This document shows, piece by piece, positions 54,461 to 64,000 of a DNA stretch of 64,000 nucleotides (the first letter of the stretch is position 1; each line of letters starts with the position of its first letter). The DNA is from Chrysomallon squamiferum. Its lineage: Eukaryota > Animalia > Mollusca. The notes under the pieces are model-generated. The model saw nothing but the letters and a program-made list of their open reading frames with translations. It ran no database searches and was not told the origin of the DNA. The stretch lies in NCBI GenBank assembly GCA_012295275.1, contig CM022665.1:47120001-47184000 (forward strand), written 5' to 3'. Position numbers and translations under genes: made by a program.

Positions 54461-54936
54461 CATAATAATAATAATATATCTCAATTTGTCTGTCTGTTTG
54501 TTTATATCTATCTATCTAACTCTCTATCTATCTCTCTATCTATCTCTATCTATCTATGTATCGATCTAATTATCCCTACCCATCTGTATCTCTCTATCTA
54601 TCTATCTATCTATCTATCTGTCTGTCTCTCTATATATCTATCTACACGTCTATATAATTGTATCAAACAATGAAATAAAATTTCAGACACATCTTGTCGT
54701 TTAAAAAGTAAAGATTTTGTAGTCGTCTCTGATTAAGTATGTCTGACCATCATCCACAATCACACACACACACACATAGACAGACATACACACACACACA
54801 CACATACACACATACACACAGAGACAGACAGAGTCAGACAGAGTCAGACAGACAGACATAGAGCTAGACAGATAGACAAATATGTAGAATTCGGTGTAAT
54901 GTAAGTTTCATTCATTTACAATATTTTGAGATAAAA

Positions 54937-54971
<35 letters not shown>

Positions 54972-55229
54972 ATATGTTGTCTCTCTGTTTAACTAGTTGT
55001 ATAAAATGTTAAAATTCAAATGGACATAAAAATTCAAAAACAAAAATAAATAAATAAATAAATAAATTCCTACGCTGCACATTTACTCAAAATTTGCTTC
55101 CTGCATGGATTCACTAGATCATTGTTATATATATTTATGTTCGCCAAATCCTCGCACACACTTGTATAAACATAAAAAAAAAAACCATATAATTAATTTC
55201 TGGGAACGCCTCTAGATTACTTTAATGCA

Positions 55230-55347
55230 CACAGCCCACCCACGAGCTATATACTACAATCTCATTGGTCAGAAATAAAAATAAAAATAAGATCACGCGT
55301 TATCCTCTTAGCGGCATTCTGATTGGCTACAGATAAGTGAGGTCAGG

Positions 55348-55386
<39 letters not shown>

Positions 55387-55560
55387 GCATTCTCAACACG
55401 TACACACACACAAAAAAGAAATCAATGCGAGACACGTGGCAGGTCACGTGACTACAGTGTCGCTGAGGGAGATGCGCTTGTGTGGCTGGATAAAAAGAAG
55501 AAGAAGAATTAAATCTGAGTTTGAAAATAAACAGCGCGCGTGCTTACACAGCGCTGTGAT
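55230..55560. promoter_or_regulatory. Promoter/enhancer-like block with two CCAAT boxes and two CACGTG E-boxes
   Basis: ATTGG at ~55264 and ~55322 (CTGATTGGCT), CACGTG at 55433 and palindromic GTCACGTGAC at 55443-55452. No associated CDS was found. Confidence 0.4.
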
Positions 55561-55585
55561 TCCTGAACAAAGAGACTGATGAAAC

Positions 55586-55610
55586 CACAACCACCACCAC
55601 CACCACCACA

Positions 55611-55671
<61 letters not shown>

Positions 55672-55990
55672 TTACTACTACTACTACTGCTACTGCTATT
55701 ACTACTACTACTACTACTACTAGTACTACCACTACTACTACAACTACTACTAGTACTGCTACTACTACTACTACAACTACTGCTAGTACTGCTACTACTA
55801 CTACTACTACTACTGCTGCTACTACTACTACTCCTCCTCCTCCTCCAACTACTACTACTGCTACTATTACAACTACTACTATTACTATACTACTACTACT
55901 ACTACTGCTATTGCTGTTACTATTAAATTATCATTACTACTGCTAATACTAATACTACTACTATCACTAATACTGCTACTGCTAATATAT
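55586..55990. repeat. (CTA/CCA/CTG)n trinucleotide low-complexity tract
   Basis: Directly visible and the source of the poly-L/poly-V ORFs. Similar tracts lie at 40930-41180, 48210-48500, 50170-50500 and 56320-56610. Confidence 0.9.
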
Positions 55991-57170
55991 TACTTTTACA
56001 TCTCCTACCACTGTTACAATTTATCTGCTAGTAATAACAACAACAACAACAATAGCATCAGCTAAATTCCTACACAAACGGGGACACACAATAATTCAAA
56101 TGTTAGTAAATATATTTTAAATTACCGTTCCAGTTAAAATATTTATTCCTGCCTACCACATTAATCATGTTTTGGTGAGAAAGTTAATCATTTTGTTAAA
56201 ATAGAGAAATTTAGAACGAACGATAAAATAAAATTTTGTAAATGTAACAAGTGTTTGAGACAAAAACTTGAATATTTTCATTTGTGGCGTAGACGTAAAT
56301 ACTATCGATGATGTTGTACTAGTAGCAGTAGTAGTAGTAGCAGCAGCAGAAGTAGAAGTAGTAATAGTAGCAGTAGTAGCAGTAGTAGCAGCAGTAATAG
56401 CAGTACTAGTAGTAGTAGTAGTAGTAGCAGTAGTAGTAATAATAGTAGCAGTTAATAATAATAATAAAAAGAGCATTAATAACAACACCAATAATAATAA
56501 TATATAATTATAAAAACAAAAACTACTACTACTACTACTACTACCACCAGCACAAACATTACTACTACTACTACTATTACCACTACTACTATTACAGCTA
56601 CTACTACTTTTAAAAGTACGTGTCTATTATTACTGAATTCCGCACCATCATTATTTTCAAATCTCGCATTATCAGTTTCACTGGATTAACCACGGAATAC
56701 CGCGGAGTCGCACGACGAGATCGGGTCGATGACGGACGAAAGCGTATTTCATCGTAAAACGGTGCAACACATCGAGCCATAAATCTGTGACAGCGCTTCG
56801 TACGCACAGCAAACAACGCCGCCAGGAAGAAAGAGGTGATTTGCATACAGGTGCGTCGTGCACCTCTTCTTTTCAGAACGCATCAAAATAGCTGTAGTGT
56901 TCGCGAGGACAAGGGGGAGATAATATACGGCGGATAACTCCAGTCACCGCCTGTCTCTCAACTCGGCAATCATCGTCGCTGTTCTATTCTTCCCATGCAC
57001 TCGAGTGGAATATTATTATTTGACAATTGATCGCCATCAAAAGGATGGGGCCTCTGCTTTGACGTGATTGAGTAGCCCTGGGAGGCTACAAAACTGCTTT
57101 CAGATTTGCGTGGCAGTCGCGTGCCGACACACTTCTTTCTTCTGTCTACCGTATTATATTAAACAAAGCG

Positions 57171-57216
<46 letters not shown>

Positions 57217-57836
57217 AAAAAATGAAGAATGAAGAAGAAAAAAAATTTATAAAATGAAATAAATATGTATCAGTGAACAGGTAGGAGGATTTTTTTTTTT
57301 TTTTTTTTTTTTTTTACGTTTATAAAAAAAAAAAAAAAAAAAAAAAATGTACAGGTTCAACATTTTTTACGAAGAAAGAAAAAATGTGAAAGAGATTTAT
57401 TCATCGTTTTTTTGTTTTTTCTTTTTTTTTTTTTTTTTTTTAGATAAAAGATATAAATTATTCCGTTACTATGTTTTTGCCTTTAGGGTGTGTAAGCCAA
57501 GTTTTCTGCTGGCGGTTATAAATAAGATATAACAAATAAATAAATAAATAAAATAATTATATAAATACATACGTATGCACATTTACATAATTATATCAAT
57601 ATTAATACGAAGTAATTAAATAAAGAGGATAGTAACTAACTAATTAACTAAGTAAATAAATAAATATCTTTGTAAGTGAGTAAGTAAGTAAGTAAGTAAT
57701 AACATAAAAATATCTTATTAAATACTGGGAATTTATGTAATTATGACGTTAACTGAGTAATTACGCAAATACTGCACTCAAAGTGTATCTTATCGTATCT
57801 TCTATTGTATCATGTTGTATCGTACTATGTGTGTAT

Positions 57837-57882
<46 letters not shown>

Positions 57883-58136
57883 ATATGTGTGCATACAAAC
57901 ATGTAAATAAATTTCTTTAGAATTTTCCTACATAAACATACTATAGGATTAAATAAGCAGATATTGATCTACATCATATTTAAATTAAAAGTAATTTTGA
58001 TGTTCTTCGCAATACAAATATAAGTAATTTTAACATTATTTCTTTGGCTTTTTAACTTTTTTATTTGTTAGTTAGTTAGTTAATTAATTAGTTTGGTCGG
58101 GTTTTTGTTTCTTTGTTTATTTTATTTTATTTGTGA

Positions 58137-58173
<37 letters not shown>

Positions 58174-58393
58174 GTAACAAATAAAGAGAGAAATAAATAT
58201 TAAATATTTAAAAACGAAAACCAAAATAAATGATAAATGGAAACTGAAAGATTTATTGTTTCAGTAATATTAATATTAAGTTTAAAAAAGTAGTTCTGTA
58301 TTGATTTTTTTCTTTTTATTTTCTTTTATTTTTTTTTCAATTTATTTTTCCATTTAAATTAAATTTAGTTTGTTTTGGAATGTACTATTATTA

Positions 58394-58455
<62 letters not shown>

Positions 58456-58544
58456 TTCTATTTTATTTTTATTATTAATGTGTATTCATTATCAGAAACT
58501 GTTTAAATTTATTACCACAGTATAATAATGAAATAGTCAGTGTG

Positions 58545-58740
58545 TAAGACTGAATAATGGCAGGTCGCTGGATAAAATCTTTTCAGTGAACTTTTCCCGT
58601 TCCTGGCAGTGCTCCGTAGCTGGTGCTTCAAAGGTCATAATGTACAAAGGAACCCTTAATGCCAAATGATAAGAAAAGTTCTTAGAACACAAACAGCATT
58701 TTCTTACCACATATAACTATAGCCTTTTAATAAAGTTTGA
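58545..58740 (+). mobile_element. Highly diverged SINE-like remnant
   Basis: TTTTCCCGTTCCTGGCAGTGCTCCGTAGCTGGTGCTTCAAAGGTCATAATGTACAAAGGAACCCTT parallels the body of the 33082-33240 element (..CAGCATTCCACAGCTGATGTGTCAAAGGTCATG..AAAACCTTTGTTGCTAAT). Confidence 0.4.
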
Positions 58741-59007
58741 CTATAAAACTATATATAATTATATACATGTATGTGTATGTAAATTAATAATAATAAGAAG
58801 AAGAAGAAGAAGAAGGAGAAGAAGAAGAAGAAGAAGAAGATGGAAACCACTGACTTAATTTATGAAATATCCACAGCACCAGAAAAGATACTCTTTATTA
58901 ATTCTACATAAAGATAAAGCGTTAGACTTATAATGAATATGATTACCATGATGATGATTATGATAATAATGATCATAATTATAATAGTAATAAATAAATA
59001 AATAAAA

Positions 59008-59047
<40 letters not shown>

Positions 59048-59105
59048 ATTATTATTATTATTATTATGGTTGTTGTTGTTGTTGTCGTTGTTGCTTTAAT
59101 TGTTG

Positions 59106-59168
<63 letters not shown>

Positions 59169-59534
59169 GAAGTAGTATTACTATTTAATAAATGCCACAG
59201 AAAAAAAAAGAAAAAAAAAACAATAAACAGATCACTCATAAACATAATTATTCTGCCGTTCGTCGACATGGCTCAGAAATCTCCGGCACGAGAGATCCGT
59301 GGTGCGGCGAGATCACGTGATTTTAATCGGTTTGGCGTCGATGAGTAAATAATCTCCCTTGTTTCGGGTTTGTCTTACTCGAGCGACCAAGCCAAGTAAA
59401 ACGAGAACTTAGTGCTGGACGAGTCCTTTTTTTTTTTTTTTTTTTTTCCTTCTGATTTAGAGTCTCCAACTCAACAAAGTATTAAAGGATTATCGAGCAG
59501 TCAGTCACTTTAATTACATGCTTCTTTCCTTCTG

Positions 59535-59567
<33 letters not shown>

Positions 59568-59640
59568 GAAAAAGAGGGAGGGTTGGGTGCCGGTTTCATT
59601 TCGCGTGATTCAGGGATTTATGGGGTCGGGGTTGACCTAC

Positions 59641-59672
<32 letters not shown>

Positions 59673-59937
59673 AATGCTTTATTAACTCTTTTTCGGCTGA
59701 GCGCTCTGAATGTCTGAAGCAGCAGTTGGTGAACTGTTAGCCTCGTTTCAGCAGGCGGATCCTGGATTTCAGATTCGGGTACGATGCTGTCGTTGTGGGT
59801 GTAGTTTTGAAGATGAAATGTGTTTTTGTTGTAAAGAGAAAAATTTTAGTCGATCCCCCTTCAATTAAAAACAAGAAATATAGCACCATTCACCCTACCA
59901 AGTATAATAAAACAAAATAAATAATATTTAAAATAAG

Positions 59938-59976
<39 letters not shown>

Positions 59977-60370
59977 ACAACAACAACAAAAAACAAACCA
60001 CCAACAACAAAACCCAAGCCAAAATTATAATAATATTGTTATTATTATGTATTTTTATATTTACATTTTTCTTTTTATATTCAAAACTATTTTAAATGTT
60101 AAACAATACAATCCAGAGTTATGGAACATTAGAGGAACTACAACTCAACCCGTAAAGAATGACGTCATAATCGTCATCATTATGGTATCACGAGGACACA
60201 TCCACTACAAATATTGAAAACTATTTTTTGTAAAACGTGAAGCTGAACTGATATACATTATTGTGGTAGATTACATCTGTTTTTAAAAATTTCCCAAATG
60301 TAAAAGTCGTCTTTATCAATGTGTCTTATTCACACACAAATATATAAAAGCAAAAAGAGAATACATACAT

Positions 60371-60401
<31 letters not shown>

Positions 60402-60736
60402 CATAGGTATTTTCTCTTTGCTTTTATTTACCACTACAACAACAACAATAACAACTATTACTATTACTACTACTACTACTACTACTACAACTACTGCTAC
60501 TATTGGTGTTGTTATTAATGCTGTTATTATTATTATTATTATTAACTGCTACTACTATTACTACTACTACTACTGCTATTACTGCTACTACTGCTATTAC
60601 TTCTACTGCAACTATACAACATAGAAATGCAGCAGAATAATCTGAAATCTGAAATCAAAATAAATTTAAAAATGTATCTTTTAATCAAATTAATTCGACA
60701 CCGTTTAAATTTATTTTATGCTTTATTTCTTCCTAG

Positions 60737-60772
<36 letters not shown>

Positions 60773-62337
60773 TCCTCGTATTTCTTTTTTTTTTTTTCCT
60801 ATTTTCAAACGTTGCTTCAAATTAAATGACTAAATCACAAGCTGACATTACTGGACTAAAAGGCCCCCCCCCAAAAAAAAGTAATAAATATATTTTTTTT
60901 AAAACTGGATGCGACAATTAGCGTAAGAAATGGGTTAACAGCCATCGGATTCAATTAAGACTAAATCCACTTCACTTGTTATTCGCGTCTTGTTTCCCAA
61001 ACTGAAAAGACAAGACGTCATCCCCTTCCCATTGTTCAGTCCCCTCGCATGAAGCTATCACCATCACCCGCACGCCGGAGCATCACACTGGCTCGAAAAA
61101 AACAACACAGAATACTCCGCAATGGAAGTATCGGATGTAATGGAAGCTTTCGCGACGTAATCCGTTGCAGGATCAAGATAGCATTGAGGAACGTCTTAAT
61201 GCGCGGATATTCGAGTACGAAGAGTTACTTGAATAACGTAGCTAGCTCGCTTGCTCAGTGTGATACGCATGGTATTGCCACGTCGTGATATACAGGCGGG
61301 TACAGCGAGAGACACGTCGAGTCGTCGGGTGAAACGGATCTCTTCCACCTGGGTGAAAGGTGGCCGCACCGAGGACAACAGATCTCTGTGGATATCGCGT
61401 CATATCTAGTTTATGATTTGTATAATAAAGGAGCCGATCTAAGGAGGGGAGGAGGGGGTGGGGGTGGTGTGAATTGTAAAACACCCAAATTGCAAACCCG
61501 TAATTGTTTATCTCATAACAGTATATATCTATCTGTATATATTCTTCTTCTTATTATTATTTTCGTTCGCTTGTTGGTTACACGTCGTGTCTATCAACGA
61601 TGCCGTTCTCTGTAGATCACTTCTTGTGCCATACAGCATCTTCTGGAGAGTCGTTGTAGTTGTCCAGATAGTCTTCCCTTAGCTGCTGTAGGTTTACGTA
61701 GGTTTCTTTTTTGATGAAATTTTCAGTCGTATTTTCTACTTCTGTACATCTGTGCATATTCATACTGATCATTTTCCGAAACTAAGAATTCTCTCTTGTT
61801 TATTTGCCATTACGTGAAGTGTCCTGTATCATTTCTGTCTGTTTACGTTTAGTGTTTGTCGTCTGATTGTGTTCATTAAGTTAAACATCATTTCTATATA
61901 TATCTTTACATTACTGGACTGACGCTTTGTTTTTTTCTACATTTCGGGAGAAGGGTTTATCATCTCATTTCTGCACAGGCATTTGTTATCGGACAAAAAT
62001 TTTATGGGTAGAAAATAGCCCGACCCCCACCAATTATATGATACGCCCACCATTTTTAATAATTACTCGCCGACTGTCATTCTAGACTGAGTATCAGTTC
62101 CCGGGCTACAGCGGAACGTCTGACAGAAATGCCAGTCGTGCTTAGGTCTCTCCGCTGTGATTAGTCTATGAGATACTGATAGAGTTACAGTATACGTGAT
62201 ACCTTTCATTAAAAAAAAAACATAATAAAAAAAATGTAAATCAACCACTACCCAGTAAAGTAACCCTAAAAACAACAACATCTACAGACACCCATAATTT
62301 CAGTACAGTCGTCATGATCTCTGATAATAAAAGAATG

Positions 62338-62368
<31 letters not shown>

Positions 62369-64000
62369 ATTATTAGATTCAGTAATCTGAGTAAATTCAG
62401 TAGTCTCGATAATAATAGAACTAATTATTGTTATTAGTCTCGCTAACTTCAGTGGCATCGCCAGTCTTGGTAATAGCTAACTTTATTTTGATCTTGGAGA
62501 GATAGACCGGGGGAATTTTACTGGAAATGTTTTGTTTATTCATTCGTTTGTTTGTTTGTTTGTTTGTTTCATTCTTTCTTTTTTTGCTTGCTTGTTTGTT
62601 TGTTTGTTTATTTATTTATTAGAGAAAATATAGAAAGTATCTGAGAGACTCTGACCTACAAATGCAGACATCTAGCAGGCAAATGTCAACTTTTGGACAA
62701 GAAATTGCTACAAGTTAAAAATACAATTTAAAGAATTAGCAAGAATTTTTTTTTTCCTTTTTTGTATAACACCGTCATGATCAAAGAATAAATTATTGAT
62801 CGTCATTGCTTTCTATTTATCCATGTTTTTTATATTAAAGAAATACTTTTATTAGACATCTTACGTAAAGAATACAAATAAAGAAAAGAAATAAATGTTC
62901 CGTATACTTAGTAAAACAACAGAAAATGACGTTATTTAACTTTAAATAGGATCCATTGAGAACTAAGAACGTCTGTTTGAGCTACTGGGATCTCTACCTG
63001 AGCACTCGACGACGAAGAAGAAAAATTTGATAAAAGCGAAAAGAATCCGACCTTTAGTCTGTATTATTTAATTTCATGCTGGAAAAATTTCTCTTTTCAT
63101 GCTTCGTCTTACTGTCTTTCTTTCTTTTTCTATTTATTTATTTTTTTGAATTAGTCCACGAGTCTATGGCAAGTTTAGTTTGTTATAATCTGTCTTTTAC
63201 AAATTCATTTTATAAATAGCTCGTAATACATGATTTCCAGTTATCCTGAGGGTCTCGTGATCAAAACCGCGAGTTAGCCCTAAATGTTTATTTTCTCTAA
63301 TGACTTCTATTTCGTTTGCTGTGTGTATAATCAGTTTATAATGTTTTGCGATTTAAGCAAAGTTTTTAGTTACTGATAGTGCTGACCAGGGGCCTGAGGC
63401 AAATTGTGACATAAATCTGACAAAATAAATCTTTTATTTTTCTTCTCATTTTTCTTCTTCTTCTTCTTCTTCTTCTTCTTCTTCTTCTTCTTCTACTACA
63501 ACTACAGCTATTACTAGTTATTCTTCTTCTTCTACTACTACTACTACTACTATTACTACTACTACTACTACTACTACTAAAAACACATTTTAATGTTAAT
63601 AATTATAAGTCAAACAAGACGATACTTCCACACTGTGAACTACTCATATCAGTACAGACATTATTTTGACAGGACAACACATACCACAGTTTTTGGTGTG
63701 TTTTTGTTTTAATTTTACGACATACATTAGAGATTCAGCAATAAGCCTATAACGCGTCATTACATAATTCGTTTTCCAGCAGTTTAACGTTTAAAGAGAA
63801 AAAACTTTTTTTTAATTTTATTTTATTTTATTTTTCAAAAGAAAACAAATAAAAGCGCACAAATTTCCCTCTTTCTAAAAATAAATTTTCGGATCCGAAT
63901 TTTTATTTTTTATGTTTTTTTTTGTTAAATTAAATTAACTGGTGGTGTCACTACGTGAAACTGATATTTGCAAAACCGGTAGTCTAAGACGGACGTATAT

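Noticed and set aside
55544-56507. Poly-L/V/T ORFs resembling membrane or mucin proteins (and the many ER/SL/YI/HT-repeat ORFs elsewhere)
   Set aside because: Direct translations of tri- and dinucleotide microsatellites.
58604-58625. miR-34-like sequence TGGCAGTGCTCCGTAGCTGGTG
   Set aside because: The seed matches, but I find no complementary star arm or hairpin, and the segment aligns with the body of the SINE-like family.

Overview
AT-rich, microsatellite-dense animal genomic DNA with spliceosomal (GT-AG) introns. An invertebrate source, possibly a mollusc, is inferred from repeat content and the CpG mosaic and is not proven. Four protein-coding genes were reconstructed by hand. RBM28/Nop4 (minus strand, 21 coding exons, 3852-27184, ~850 aa) has an extra degenerate RRM and a 10.7-kb last intron. 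TRAPPC3/Bet3 (minus, 5 exons, 29267-31908, 180 aa) and RWDD1 (plus, 7 exons, 32213-36944) sit head-to-head across ~300 bp. A two-exon achaete-scute-related bHLH gene (minus, 40111-41724) is followed by ~22 kb of gene-poor, CpG-richer sequence with promoter- and enhancer-like blocks. Three single-base frameshifts at short homopolymers in RBM28 and RWDD1 are probably assembly errors. Notable observations: an RFX X-box plus forkhead motif cluster in the RBM28 last intron, an inverted SINE pair flanking RBM28 exons 9-20, TRAPPC3-RWDD1 microsynteny resembling human TRAPPC3L-RWDD1, tandemly duplicated 3' splice sites, a self-complementary 15-bp minisatellite, a 38-bp TGACGT-bearing minisatellite and a 68-bp hairpin. 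Most short ORFs in the supplied track are microsatellite artefacts. No CRISPR array, rRNA, intact tRNA or intact transposon was seen, and no new biological system can be firmly claimed from sequence alone.
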